From NCBI GenBank assembly GCA_963708025.1, contig CAVPSB010000013.1, positions 160,001-224,000 of the forward strand: DNA of 64,000 nt. Reading direction: 5' to 3'. Origin of the DNA: an uncultured Candidatus Rokubacteria bacterium (GTDB lineage Bacteria; Methylomirabilota; Methylomirabilia; Rokubacteriales; DASRDR01). Each line of letters starts with the position of its first letter. Positions within the stretch are counted from its first letter, which is position 1. Below the pieces are notes generated by a model. It saw nothing but the letters and a program-made list of their open reading frames with translations. It was not told where the DNA came from and did no database searches. Made by a program: the position numbers and the translations under genes. Of this stretch, positions 34,915-45,118 are shown in pieces.

Positions 34915-35000
34915 TCAAAACTGGTAGGCCATGGTGAACGTGGCGACGTGGCTGCGGAAGCGGTCCTTGGCGTAGTACTCGTAGGAAGCCTTCGGCCGGC
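34915..35000 (-). pseudogene. C-terminal relic of an outer-membrane beta-barrel protein
   Basis: KASYEYYAKDRFRSHVATFTMAYQF-stop: alternating beta strand ending in the Y-x-F BAM signal. Confidence 0.4.
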
Positions 35001-35117
35001 AGTCTGGACGTCGCCAGGTCGAGGAAGCTGCCCAGACGAGAGCATCTGCATCGGATCCCGTGGGAAGCGTAGACGAAACTCGCTGTGAAGGCGCGCACAC
35101 CGGCAGCTTCAACGCGA

Positions 35118-35150
35118 ACGCGGGGCTGCAGATGCGCTGCAACCCCGCGT
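35118..35150 (-). terminator. Hairpin downstream of tRNA-Gly
   Basis: ACGCGGGGCTGCAG-N5-CTGCAACCCCGCGT. Confidence 0.6.
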
Positions 35151-35156
35151 CGTCGT

Positions 35157-35231
<75 letters not shown>

Positions 35232-35266
35232 ATCTGTCGGATTCTAGTCGCGGCGGCTCGCGGCTG

Positions 35267-36727
35267 TCAACCGTGGCGATCCTCCTCGCCCCGCAGCCAG
35301 TCCAGGGCCGCCTCGCGCGTCCGGACGAGGCCGAGGGCCTGGGCCTCGCGGACACGGTCGAGCAGCCGGCCGACCTCGGGCCCGGGATCCAGGCCGAAGG
35401 CGGCCATCACGTCCTCGCCGCGGAGCAGCGGCGGCTCGGCGGCCTCGCGCGCCGCCTCGACCTCGCCGCCGAGCAGCGACTCCAGGAGCGCGCGCGTCTC
35501 GCCCCGGTAGACCCGCCCCGGCGGCCGGCCGTCGGTCCCCGCGGCGTCCGCGATGGTGAGACAGATCAGCTCGGGCACCTCGTCCCCCAGGTCGCGGAAG
35601 AACCGGTAACGCGCGCGGCGAGTGACCTCGGGTACGAGCCCCAGGTGCATCGGCCGTAGGTGCTGGCGGACGAGGCGCTCGAGGACGCGGACCGCCCGCG
35701 CCGGCCAGCGGAGACGCTCGGCGATGGCCACGGCCCGGTCGGCACCGAGCCGGTCGTGGCCCGTGAAGCGGACCCGGCCGTCGGGGTCCACGCTCCGTGT
35801 CTCGGGCTTGCCGACGTCGTGGAGCAGCACCGCCATCGCGAGCACCTCCCGGCGGGTGAGTCTGCCGCCGAGGGCCTCCGCGAGATGGGCGCCCACGCGG
35901 GCGTCGTGGGGCGCGAGCAGCGCGAGGTCCGCCAGCAGCGCGTCGAGCGCCCCGAGCGCCCGGAGCGAGTGCTCCCACACCGTGAACCGGTGAGGCGCGG
36001 ACTGGGTGGTCGCTCGCATCGCCGCGGTCTCGGGCAGGAGCGTCCCGACCAGCGACCAGGCATCGGCCTCGCGTAGCGCCGGCTCGGTCCGCGGGAGCCG
36101 CAGGAGTCGGGTCAGCTCGTCCCGCACACGCTCGGCGGCGACGCCGGTGACGGCCGGGACCGCCGCGCGCGCCAGCCGCTCGGTCTCGCCCTCGATGGCG
36201 AAGCCGAGCGCGTGGCGAAGCCGGAGGAGCCTGAGCACGCGCGCCGGATCCTCGGTGAACGCGCGGGGGCCGCATGCGCGGAGTCGGCGGGCGGCGAGGT
36301 CGGCGAGGCCCCCGGTCGCGTCCACGACGGGCGCCGGGCCACGCAGGAGATCGGCGAGCGACACGGCGAGCGCGTCGACGGTGACGTCGCGACCGCGCAG
36401 GTCCGCCTCGAGGCTCGGACCACGGAAGTCGGCGAGGTCGAGGACCGCGGGCGCCGGCTCCCCCACCACGACCCGCGCCATCCCGTGAGGCTCGCCCAGC
36501 GGCACGAAGGCACCTCCGAGCCGGTCGGCGAGCCGGCGGGCCGCGTCCACGCTCCCGGCCGGGAGCGCGAGGTCGAGGTCGGCCTCGACGGGTCGCCCGA
36601 GGACGGCGTCACGCACCGCGCCGCCGACCAGCCAGACCGGGCCGTCGAGCACCTCGGCCGCCGCGGCCAGGACGCGCGCGGCGGCGCCGAGGGCGCCCAG
36701 GCTGACGGTGGCGGTCGGGGCGGCCAC
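35267..36727 (-). CDS. CCA tRNA nucleotidyltransferase/poly(A) polymerase family with HD domain
   Basis: LVGGAVRD, DLD, RDVTVDAL, EDPARVLR, VAAERVRDEL, LLHDVGKP. Confidence 0.9.
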   Translation of the reverse strand: MAAPTATVSLGALGAAARVLAAAAEVLDGPVWLVGGAVRDAVLGRPVEADLDLALPAGSVDAARRLADRLGGAFVPLGEPHGMARVVVGEPAPAVLDLADFRGPSLEADLRGRDVTVDALAVSLADLLRGPAPVVDATGGLADLAARRLRACGPRAFTEDPARVLRLLRLRHALGFAIEGETERLARAAVPAVTGVAAERVRDELTRLLRLPRTEPALREADAWSLVGTLLPETAAMRATTQSAPHRFTVWEHSLRALGALDALLADLALLAPHDARVGAHLAEALGGRLTRREVLAMAVLLHDVGKPETRSVDPDGRVRFTGHDRLGADRAVAIAERLRWPARAVRVLERLVRQHLRPMHLGLVPEVTRRARYRFFRDLGDEVPELICLTIADAAGTDGRPPGRVYRGETRALLESLLGGEVEAAREAAEPPLLRGEDVMAAFGLDPGPEVGRLLDRVREAQALGLVRTREAALDWLRGEEDRHG

Positions 36728-36745
36728 GGGCCCGACGCTCCGCCC

Positions 36746-38103
36746 TCAGCCGGCCATGTAGCCGCCGTGCCGGGCGGCGAAGCGACCCCAGGCCGCCTCG
36801 GCCGCCACCTGGGCCCGGTCGACCAGCGCCGCCGCGTCCACCGTCCGGAGCTGTCGGTCGTCGACGACGACCGCCCCGTCCACCAGGACCATCTCGACGT
36901 CACGGGCGTGGGCGTGATAGACGAGGTTCTGGATGGGCTCGAGCGTGGGCGTGAGGCCGAACGCCCGGTAGTCGACGACGACGAGGTCGGCCCGCTTGCC
37001 CACCTCCAGCGACCCGATCTCGCGCTCCATCCCGAGGGCCCGGGCGCCACCCATCGTGGCCAGCTCGACGGCCTCCATCGACGGCATGGTCACGGCGTCC
37101 TGGGCCCGGATCCGGGCGACCAGGACGCAGGCCCGCACCACGTCGAAGAAGTCGGCGAACATGTTGTCGATGCCGAGGCTCACCGTCACGCCGCGGCGCC
37201 GGAGATCCTGGACCGGCGCGACGCAGCCACGGACCGCGTTCATCAGGGGGCAGTGCGCCACCGCGGCCCCCGACCGGGCGAGCAGCTCCACGTCGCCCTC
37301 CTCGATGTGGTAGCAGTGCGCGACGACGACGTCCGGACCCAGGAAGCCCTCGTCCACCAGGAAGCGGACGGGCGGCTTGCCGTAGAGCTGCCGGGTAGCG
37401 GCGGCCTCCGCCGGGCCCCAGCCGAGGTGGATGCTCAGGCGCAGGCCGAGCCGCTCGGCCGCCTGGCGGACGGCGCGGAGCTGGGCCGGCGAGGAGCTCA
37501 GCACCATGTTCGGCGTCATCATGGCGGTGATGCGTCCGCCGGCGCCGCCGTGCCAGCGCTCCGCGAACCCCACCGCCTGCCGGAGCTGGGCGTCCCCCAC
37601 CGCCGGGTCGAAGCGGTAAGCGGCGCGCCGCAGACCCTCGACCTCGACGTCGAGGATCATCACGCCCATCGCGCTCCGGATGCCCAGCTCGGCGACGAAC
37701 GGCGCGTAGACGTCGGCGTCTTCCTCCATCTCCAGCACGGTCGTCACGCCGCTTCGCAGGAGCTCCGCGTAGGTCAGCGCGCCCACCGCCAGCCGCTCCT
37801 CCCGGGAGAGGATCGCCGCCATCGGGAAGTACTGGCCGGTCACGCAGCCGAGGCCGGCGTCCTCCGCGCGGCCCCGGAAGATGGTGTAGCCGACGTGGGT
37901 GTGGCTGCTGACGAAGCCGGGCAGCACCAGCTTGCGACGCCCGTCGACGACCCGGTCGGCGAGCGGGGTGACGCCGGCGGACCGCGTCGCTCGGTCCCAC
38001 GTCGACGATGCGCGGTCCCTCCACGTAGACGGCGCCCGGGGCGAACACCCGGCGCTCGGCGTTCAACGGTGACGACGGTGGCGTCGTGGATCAGTAGGGA
38101 CAT
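36746..38103 (-). CDS. Amidohydrolase (TRZ/ATZ/MtaD-like), frameshifts in 5' part
   Basis: LPGFVSSHTH, SGVTT, AHC, HCP, SLGID, GSLEVGKRAD. Confidence 0.88.
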
Positions 38104-38105
38104 TT

Positions 38106-38169
38106 GGGACCTCCCACCTACCCCCCCCAACCCCCCTCCCCCACCCACCGGGGGGAGGGGGGAGCCGGA
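38106..38169 (+). repeat. Intergenic repeat family A, copy 1
   Basis: GGGACCTCCC..CCCCCCTCCCCCACCCAC.GGGGGGAGGGGGGAGCCGGA; similar copies at 41291, 53420, 59008. Confidence 0.85.
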
Positions 38170-38246
38170 AGGGCCGGCTGCTTCGTTGCTTCGGACGCTG
38201 TCAGTGCCCTAAAGAAATGCCGGCAGCTCCCAGTCCGACCGCCCAC

Positions 38247-38361
38247 CGGCTTCTCGCAAGCCCCCTGGCTCCGGCGCGCGGCCGGGCGTTCCGCTCCGAG
38301 CCGCGGCTACGCCGCGGCCTCCGAGGGGGGGAATCGGGGGGGTCTTCCGAGACCCCCCCGA
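38247..38361 (+). repeat. Intergenic repeat family B, copy 1
   Basis: CGGCT..CGCA..GGCTCCGG..GCGCGGCCG..TCCGCT..GCGGCCTCCGAGGGGGGG..GGGGGGTCTTCCGAGACCCCCCCGA; similar copies at 53283, 55081. Confidence 0.85.
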
Positions 38362-38366
38362 GGTTC

Positions 38367-39092
38367 TCAGTGGTGCTCGAGGAGGCGTCCGAATCCGCGC
38401 AGCCGCTCGCCGATGCCGGCCCGGCGGAGCGTGTGCCAGATCGTGGCCTGGTTGCTGGTGACGACCGGCTTGCCGGTGTCGGCCTCCAGGGCGGCGATGA
38501 CCGGCAGCGTCGGGAAGTTGGTGCAGCTCACGAACAGGCAGTCCACGTCGGGGCCGTTGACCTCGCGGGCCAGGCGGTACGCCGTCTGGGGCGACTGGGC
38601 GCCGATCTCGCGGTCGTCCCGGATCCCGAGCCCCCGGATGGCCCGCACCTCGTAGCCGAGGGCCTGGAAGAAGTCGCACTCCCGCCGGTTCAGCTCGTCG
38701 AGGTACGGGGTCGCGATGGCGAGCCGCCGCACGCCGAGCGTCTCGAAGGCGGCCAGCACCGCCGTCGAGGTCGTCGTGGCCGGGACGCCGGTCCGGCTCT
38801 CCATCCGGTCGCGCAGGACCTTGTCCCAACCCGGCCCCTTGATCAGGCTGCCGGTGGTGCAGGCGAAGGCGATGATCCGCGGGCGGGCCCAGGCGAGCTG
38901 CTCGGCGGCCGCCTCCAGGTCGGACGACTCCGTCATGGCGACCAGCGCGGCCTCCGTCGTCTCGCCGGCGGGCAGGACGAGCCGCGAGGAGATCGGGACG
39001 ACCCCCGGCGGCACCACCTGGTAGTACTCGTGAAGGATCGTGGCGCTGGTCGCCAGGTCGATGACGCCGATGACCGCGCGCCAGCCGTACAT
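38367..39092 (-). CDS. Asp/Glu racemase / maleate isomerase family (EutA-like)
   Basis: FACTTGS, ATPY, FVSCTNF, PVVTSNQA. Confidence 0.88.
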   Translation of the reverse strand: MYGWRAVIGVIDLATSATILHEYYQVVPPGVVPISSRLVLPAGETTEAALVAMTESSDLEAAAEQLAWARPRIIAFACTTGSLIKGPGWDKVLRDRMESRTGVPATTTSTAVLAAFETLGVRRLAIATPYLDELNRRECDFFQALGYEVRAIRGLGIRDDREIGAQSPQTAYRLAREVNGPDVDCLFVSCTNFPTLPVIAALEADTGKPVVTSNQATIWHTLRRAGIGERLRGFGRLLEHH

Positions 39093-39096
39093 GGCG

Positions 39097-40257
39097 CTAC
39101 TTCACGAGGAGCTTGCGGGGGAGCGTCGTGAACTCCTCGCAGCCGGTCTCGGTCACCCGCACGGTCGCGCTGAACCCGATGCCCACCTCCCGATAGATCA
39201 GGCAGAGGGGCACCATGTGGAAGGTCATGTTGGTCTCGAGCGGCGTCGGCTCCCCGCGTCGCAGGCTCAGGATCTCCCCTTCCCCCCAGTCGGGCGGGAA
39301 GTTGACGCCGATCGAGTAGCCGGTCCGGTGGGTGAAGTACTTCCCGAAGCCGGCCCGCTCGATCACGCCGCGGCAGGCGGCATCGACGGTCTCGCAGGCG
39401 ACCCCGGGCTTGATCGCCGCCATCCCCGCCTCCAGCCCCCCGATGACGGCGTCGGCCAGCGCGCGGACCCGCGACCCCGGCTCGCCGGCGGCCACGCAGC
39501 GCATGATGGCGGCCGAGTAGCGGAACTTGGCCGCCGACACCTCGAAGTAGACGGGGTCCCCAGCCTGGATCCGGCGGCCCCGCCACGTCCCGTGTGGCAG
39601 GCACGTCCGCTCGCCCGACAGGACGAACGGCGGCAGCCCCATGTACTCGCTACCGTTGGCGATGGCGACGCGATGGATCTCGGCCGCCACCTCGTCCTCG
39701 GTGCGGCCGACCGCCACCGCGTCGATGCCGGCCTGGGTCGCGAGGTCGGCGATGCGGGCGGCCCGGCGCATCATCGCGATCTCCTCGCCCGACTTCACGA
39801 CGCGCGCCCGCCACACCACCGACGTGGCGTCCACGAGCGTCGCCCGGGGAAGAGCCGCCCGCAGCGCCTCGTACTCCTCGACCGAGAAGTACCAGCCGGC
39901 CTTCTCCACGCCGATCCGCTTGCCGGCGACGCCGAGCCGCTCGAGCGTTCGGGCGGTGACCTGGGTCGGCTGCTCGTGGTCCTCGACCGGTGCCGTGCGG
40001 GCGAGCCAGGAGAACTCCCAGGCGTTCACCTCCTCGAAGCGCCGGAGGACGAGCACCGGCTCGTCGTCCGACAGCAGGAGGGCGTGGTACTTGTAGTAGC
40101 CCGGTGTCTCGTAGCCGGTCAGGTAGCAGATGTTCTCCGGGCTGCGCACCACGAGGGCGTCCACGCCGAGCCGCCGCATGCCGTCCCGGACCGCGTCGTA
40201 ACGGCGCCGGTACTCCGCGAGCGAGAAGCCGAGCCGATCGTGGGCCTTCATCTCCAT
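39097..40257 (-). CDS. M24/creatinase-family hydrolase, ectoine hydrolase (EutD/DoeA)-like
   Basis: FSLAEYRRR, ENICYLTGY, LPHGTW, HRTGYSIGVNFPPDWGEG, NMTFH. Confidence 0.8.
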   Translation of the reverse strand: MEMKAHDRLGFSLAEYRRRYDAVRDGMRRLGVDALVVRSPENICYLTGYETPGYYKYHALLLSDDEPVLVLRRFEEVNAWEFSWLARTAPVEDHEQPTQVTARTLERLGVAGKRIGVEKAGWYFSVEEYEALRAALPRATLVDATSVVWRARVVKSGEEIAMMRRAARIADLATQAGIDAVAVGRTEDEVAAEIHRVAIANGSEYMGLPPFVLSGERTCLPHGTWRGRRIQAGDPVYFEVSAAKFRYSAAIMRCVAAGEPGSRVRALADAVIGGLEAGMAAIKPGVACETVDAACRGVIERAGFGKYFTHRTGYSIGVNFPPDWGEGEILSLRRGEPTPLETNMTFHMVPLCLIYREVGIGFSATVRVTETGCEEFTTLPRKLLVK

Positions 40258-40396
40258 GTCGTCGTCTCCCTCCTGACCGGTCGCCTGCCGGTGGTGTCGA
40301 GATTCTACGGGCGGCTCCGCCAGGCGGTCAACCGCGTCCCGACTGTCGTGTCGCGTCGTGTCCCTTCGTTGACCGCGGCCGGCCCGCCCTGATACG

Positions 40397-41284
40397 GTGA
40401 GCGCCGTGCCCGAGCGACGGCGGCTGGTCGGCTACCTGCTCGTCGCCGGCGCCGCCGCCTCGTGGGGAGCCCAGGCCGTCGTCGTGAAGCTCCTGCTGAG
40501 CTCCGGGCTCCCCGCCGCCGGCCTCGTCAGCACGCGGACCGCGCTGGCGGGCGTGCTCGTCGTGGCGACCCTCGCCGCGGTCAACCCGGGGCTCCTCCGC
40601 GTCGGCCGCGGCGACCTCGGACGGCTGGTCGTGCTCGGGCTCATCGGCATGGCGTTCTCCAACTACACCTACTACTTCGCCCTCCAGCGCATCCCGGTGG
40701 CGACCGCCGCGCTGCTCATCTACACCGCGCCGCTCATCGTACTGGCCGCGTCCGTCGTGTTCCTCGGCGAGCCGCTCGAGCGGCGGGACGTGCTGGCGGC
40801 GGTGCTCACGTTGGCCGGCGCGGCGCTGATCGTCCGAGCCTACCAGCCGGCGGCGCTCGAGCTCGACCTGGCCGGGGTCACCGCGAGCATCCTGAACGCG
40901 TTCGCCTGGGCCTTCTACAGCCTCTGGGGGAAGACCCTCTCCCCGCGCGTGCCGCCCTGGACGATCATGGCGTACTCGCTCGCCACCGGCACCGCGTTCT
41001 GGGTCCTGGTGGCCCCGCCGTGGCGCCTGCTCCTCGTGCCGCACCCGCCGCGCGTCTGGGTCGGCATCGCGGTCGTGACCGTGTTCGGAACGCTCCTGCC
41101 CTTCGGCATGTTCCTGGCCGGCCTCGCACGGATCACCGCCGCCCACGCCAGCGTCACCGCGACCGTCGAGCCGGTGGTGGCGGCGGCCGTCGCCTTCGCC
41201 GTCCTCGGCGAGAGCCTCGAGTGGCCTCAGCTCGTGGGGAGCGCGCTCATCCTGGTCGGGATCGGCCTCCTCCACGCCCGCTGA
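40397..41284 (+). CDS. EamA/DMT family transporter
   Basis: 10 TM in two EamA repeats; ALLIYTAP, TVEPVVA. Confidence 0.9.
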   Translation: MSAVPERRRLVGYLLVAGAAASWGAQAVVVKLLLSSGLPAAGLVSTRTALAGVLVVATLAAVNPGLLRVGRGDLGRLVVLGLIGMAFSNYTYYFALQRIPVATAALLIYTAPLIVLAASVVFLGEPLERRDVLAAVLTLAGAALIVRAYQPAALELDLAGVTASILNAFAWAFYSLWGKTLSPRVPPWTIMAYSLATGTAFWVLVAPPWRLLLVPHPPRVWVGIAVVTVFGTLLPFGMFLAGLARITAAHASVTATVEPVVAAAVAFAVLGESLEWPQLVGSALILVGIGLLHAR

Positions 41285-41290
41285 TTTTTT

Positions 41291-41350
41291 GGAACCTCCC
41301 TCCCACCCCCGAGCCCCCTCCCCCACCCACTGGGGGGAGGGGGAGCCGGA
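41291..41350 (+). repeat. Intergenic repeat family A, copy 2
   Basis: Between convergent genes; matches copy 1. Confidence 0.85.
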
Positions 41351-41373
41351 GAGCGATTCGTTCAGCCGCGCGA

Positions 41374-41883
41374 TCAGCCCTCGGCCAGGAACCCCGGCTC
41401 GAGGCGGACCTCGTGGAGGAACGTGACCGCCCCGGCGGGGTCCCGCTCGACGAGGCGCACGACGTCGGTCCCCTCCCAGAAGACGTACGCCGGCCGGGGG
41501 ACCTCGTACTCGAGCACCCGACCGTCACGCACGCGCACCACCCGGAGGAGTGGGCGGGCGCTCGCCGCGAGGTAGGCGTAGAAGCGGCCGTCCTCCCGCG
41601 CGGCCGCCGGCCGGGGGGGGTCATCGAGCACGCGGACCACCCGGCGCTCCCCCTGGACGAGCCAGGTCTCGTACCCGTGGTCCGTCCCCACGGGCTCGGC
41701 CCGGCTCGGATGCGGACCCATTTCGCGCACGGTCTCACCGGCGATCCGAACCGGGGTGCGGACGTGGTACGTCCTGACGCGGTAGCCGGCACCGACGGGG
41801 AGGTCGAAGGAAGCCTTGGTGTAGACCTGGCAGGACGCGGCCGCGGCGGCCACCGCCAGCGCCGTCGCGACGCCGCCGAGCAC
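41374..41883 (-). CDS. Hypothetical exported protein/possible lipoprotein
   Basis: Signal-like N-terminus with AAASC; start uncertain. Confidence 0.55.
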   Translation of the reverse strand: MLGGVATALAVAAAAASCQVYTKASFDLPVGAGYRVRTYHVRTPVRIAGETVREMGPHPSRAEPVGTDHGYETWLVQGERRVVRVLDDPPRPAAAREDGRFYAYLAASARPLLRVVRVRDGRVLEYEVPRPAYVFWEGTDVVRLVERDPAGAVTFLHEVRLEPGFLAEG

Positions 41884-41995
41884 GAGGACCCGGGTGGTGC
41901 GCAGGGGGAAACCTCCCGCCGATCCCCGCCTCCTCCTCGGTCCAAGGGCGGGGATCGCCTCGACCGACTCTATCAGAGTCCCGACGCCGGAACAG

Positions 41996-42835
41996 CTACA
42001 GCCGGAAGAGCGCGCGGGCGTTCTCGTAGAAGATCTGCCGGTAGACCTCGAGCGGCAGGTCCCGGGCCCAGAGCCCCCGGCGCTCCTCGTCGTAGGGGTA
42101 CGGCAGGTTCGGGAAGTCGCTCCCGAACACGATGCGGTCCCGGTACCGGACGAGATCGGCGTCCCGCACCACGCCCGGGTCGATCCGCGTGAACGGGAGC
42201 GAGGCCGGCGTCAGGGCCATCGTGGTGTCGAGGTGGAGGCCCGGAAAGCGGTCGAGCAGGGCGAAGCACGCCCGCGTCTCGAAGGCGCCCATGTGGCAGA
42301 TGACCGCGCGGAGGCCCGGGAAGCGCTCCAGCACCCGGGCGAAGCGGGCGACGCCGGTGGTCGGCCCCCAGTAGGGACCGGTGCCCACGTGGATCACCAG
42401 CACCCGGTCGAGGGCCGCCAGCCGCTCGTAGACCGGCCACAGCCGCGGGTCGTCGGCCACGAAGGCCTGCACCTGGATGTGGAGCTTGAGGCCGGCGAAG
42501 TCGAAGCGGTCGAAGGCCTCGTCCACGATCGCGCCCGGGTCGTCGTCGCCGGCGTGGACCGTGCCCAGCGGGATGCCGTCGGGCAGCTCGGCCGCCACGT
42601 CGCGGAGCCACCGGTTCACCGCCCGGGCCATCCCGGGGCGATGGGCATAGGAGAAGAAGACGAAGCGCTCGACGCCGGCCGCGCGCAGGGCCGCCGCGAT
42701 CTCGGCCGGCTCGGTGGGGCCGCGGAGGCTCCAGTTCGAGTGCTCGTCGAACCAGCGCCGGATGGCGGCGAAGAGGCGCGGCGGGTGGAGATGGGTGTGG
42801 GCGTTGACGTAGCGGAAGCCGGGCGGCGGGATCAC
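41996..42835 (-). CDS. Amidohydrolase_2 family metal-dependent hydrolase
   Basis: NAHTH, GLKLH, IHVG, CHMG, FGSDFP; GTGA overlap with the upstream gene. Confidence 0.88.
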   Translation of the reverse strand: MIPPPGFRYVNAHTHLHPPRLFAAIRRWFDEHSNWSLRGPTEPAEIAAALRAAGVERFVFFSYAHRPGMARAVNRWLRDVAAELPDGIPLGTVHAGDDDPGAIVDEAFDRFDFAGLKLHIQVQAFVADDPRLWPVYERLAALDRVLVIHVGTGPYWGPTTGVARFARVLERFPGLRAVICHMGAFETRACFALLDRFPGLHLDTTMALTPASLPFTRIDPGVVRDADLVRYRDRIVFGSDFPNLPYPYDEERRGLWARDLPLEVYRQIFYENARALFRL

Positions 42836-43725
42836 GCGCGGCCTGCGCGCTCGACCAGCGCCCGGTGCACCATCAGATCGGCCGGCAGGCCTACCACCGT
42901 GATCCCCGTCACGATCTCCCCCGCCCGCGTCAAGGCCGCCACCGCCGCCTCGACCTCGGCGCGCGGCAACCCGAACAGGCGAGCGAGAGCACGCGCCGAG
43001 GCCCAGCCGGCGCCACCCACGTAGCGCGCGACGAGCTGGCGCACCGCCGCCGGCCGCGCGAGCCGCCGGCCGGCCCGGACGGCCTCGGGCAGCCAGGCTT
43101 CGACGAGATCCCAGCGGTACGAGAACGACGGCTCGTAGCGCTCCTCGACCTTCACGACGAAGAGCGCCTGCTGGAGCTCGCCGACGGCGCGCTCGAACTC
43201 GCGGGTGCGCCCGGGCTCGAGCAGGAAGCACTCGGCTCGCCACTCCCGGGTGTAGAGGGGGTGTCGCCGGATCAGCGCGTCCATCAGCCGTCGGGCGGTG
43301 AGCGACAGCCGCCCCGCCTCGTACTCGACCCGGTAGTCACGAGCCCGCTGGCGACCGCGGATCAGGGCGTAGAAGGCCGGGAACAGGTCGAGCGCCACCA
43401 GGACCGGGTGGTTCTTGAGGAGCTTCCCGTAGTAGACGGCGCGGCGCGCGGGGAGCTGGTCCTTCAGATCCCAGGTGAGGCCGATCCCGGCATCGTGGTG
43501 GGACCGGCGGGGCCAGCGCGGATCGCGGCGGCCGGCCACACCCTCCCACAGGCAGGCCAGGCCCTCCGGGAAGCGGTAGAAGGTCGAGCAGAGGCCCACC
43601 GCCTCGACGAACGCCAGCGCGTCCCGCTCGGTGCGAACCCGTCGCCGGGCGACGCGCCGGAAGGCCTCGTCACGCCGTCGCTCGAGCCACTCGCGGGTGA
43701 GCCCGGGAGCGGCGGGACGCGTCAG
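42832..43725 (-). CDS. AlkZ-related winged-helix protein (start uncertain)
   Basis: ALAFVEAVG, LWE, WDLKDQLP...YYGKLL, FERAVGELQQAL, C-terminal wHTH LARLFG. Confidence 0.65.
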   Translation of the reverse strand: MTRPAAPGLTREWLERRRDEAFRRVARRRVRTERDALAFVEAVGLCSTFYRFPEGLACLWEGVAGRRDPRWPRRSHHDAGIGLTWDLKDQLPARRAVYYGKLLKNHPVLVALDLFPAFYALIRGRQRARDYRVEYEAGRLSLTARRLMDALIRRHPLYTREWRAECFLLEPGRTREFERAVGELQQALFVVKVEERYEPSFSYRWDLVEAWLPEAVRAGRRLARPAAVRQLVARYVGGAGWASARALARLFGLPRAEVEAAVAALTRAGEIVTGITVVGLPADLMVHRALVERAGRA

Positions 43726-44606
43726 TCGAATTCGAGGCCTCGCTCGCCCACCCGGAACTCGACGATCTCGTCGCTCATCGCGCTGCCCCGGTGCTTGGCG
43801 ACGGCGACGAAGCGGCCGATCCGGTTCGCCACCTTCTCGCGCCCCATGAGCAGCACGGTGTTGGCGACCGCGCCCAGGTCGCCGGCCCCCACCTTGCGGG
43901 CGATGAGGTCTTCCAGCCGCGTCTCCTCGGTGGTGACCAGCGCCAGCGTCGCGATCGCGGCGTGATCGTAGCGATGCGCGTCGATGAAGGCGCGGTGCTG
44001 CCAGACCGGCAGGCAGATCTCCATCCCCAGGGTCTCGGCGTCCCGGTGGATCACCTTCCGGTACAGCTCGTCGATGAGGTAGAGCTGGATCGAATCCTCG
44101 CTGGCGAACGGCTCGATGCCGTCGACGACAACACGCCGGGCGCCAGCGGCGAAGTGGAAGTAGAAGAACGGCCGGGCCGTGTAGAGCGCCCGCGCGTAGG
44201 TCGCCTTCCACCCCCAGTCGAACTCACGCCCGTCGGGCGTCACGACCTCGTAGTCGCTCCGGCGGCCGACCCACGGGAACACGTCGAGGTAGCGCGCCTC
44301 GAGCTCGGCGGGGGGCGGGTACGGATCGGTCATGGGCATGACCGTGTGGGTCCACCGGGTGAGGGTCCAGTCGTGCAGGCGCGCGGCATAGGGCGCGTGC
44401 TGCTGGGAGTCGCCCCGGGCGTTGAGATCGACGACCAGGCCCCGGACGCCGTCGGCCTGGCAGCCCTGGTCGGCGAAGGCCAGGCCGAGGTGGGTCTTGC
44501 CGATCCCGGTCGCCCCGTAGACGACGGTGAGGGTGCCCGGCAGGAGGCCACCGCCGAGCATCGCGTCGAGGCGGGCCAGGCCGGTGGAGACGCGGGGAGC
44601 GGTCAC
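43722..44606 (-). CDS. Single-domain RAD55/KaiC-like RecA-superfamily ATPase
   Basis: STGLARLDAMLGGG, GATGIGKT, VVVDG, VAKHRGS. Confidence 0.88.
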   Translation of the reverse strand: MTAPRVSTGLARLDAMLGGGLLPGTLTVVYGATGIGKTHLGLAFADQGCQADGVRGLVVDLNARGDSQQHAPYAARLHDWTLTRWTHTVMPMTDPYPPPAELEARYLDVFPWVGRRSDYEVVTPDGREFDWGWKATYARALYTARPFFYFHFAAGARRVVVDGIEPFASEDSIQLYLIDELYRKVIHRDAETLGMEICLPVWQHRAFIDAHRYDHAAIATLALVTTEETRLEDLIARKVGAGDLGAVANTVLLMGREKVANRIGRFVAVAKHRGSAMSDEIVEFRVGERGLEFD

Positions 44607-44652
44607 GAGGCCAAAGGATACGGGGCGCCGGGCGGACCGTCAATACGGCGTG

Positions 44653-45063
44653 TCAGTCTGAGCGTACCCGATAGCTCCTGACGCGGCCGGCATCGTCGAA
44701 CTCGACGTGGAAAAGGTAGACAGAGATCATGGACAGCTCACCGGACCCGACATACTTGACGATGTAGGTGACATAACGACCGTCGGGCGCTCGGAAGCTC
44801 GGCTCCCCGAGGACTTCCGCTACGTTTTGCCGTGTCATGCCGTCCAGGACTCGCCGGCTCATCAAGTCATTGACGAACACGTACCGCTCTTCCGGGACCA
44901 ACGTTTTCCACTCGGCGGCCGTGAAGACCCGCAGAGGCCACCGTCGCGGTGACTGTTGGTAGTAGCTGTGGACCAACACCAGTACCGTCGCCGCTGACCC
45001 CAGAATGAGCCCAACGGTTGCCGCCAGGGCAATCCGCGTCCAGCGCTTACGGAAGGCTGCCAT
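44653..45063 (-). CDS. Membrane-anchored protein with SmpA/BamE-like fold
   Basis: TM, then GMTRQNVAEVLGEP..VEFDDAGRV; lower GC than neighbours. Confidence 0.6.
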   Translation of the reverse strand: MAAFRKRWTRIALAATVGLILGSAATVLVLVHSYYQQSPRRWPLRVFTAAEWKTLVPEERYVFVNDLMSRRVLDGMTRQNVAEVLGEPSFRAPDGRYVTYIVKYVGSGELSMISVYLFHVEFDDAGRVRSYRVRSD

Positions 45064-45118
45064 GAGTCTGCGAGAAGGCCCCTGACGTCCGTTGTTCTCG
45101 AGGCACGCTACCGGGGCG

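Noticed and set aside
43722-44606. Circadian KaiC
   Set aside because: Single RecA-like domain with no kaiA/kaiB nearby.
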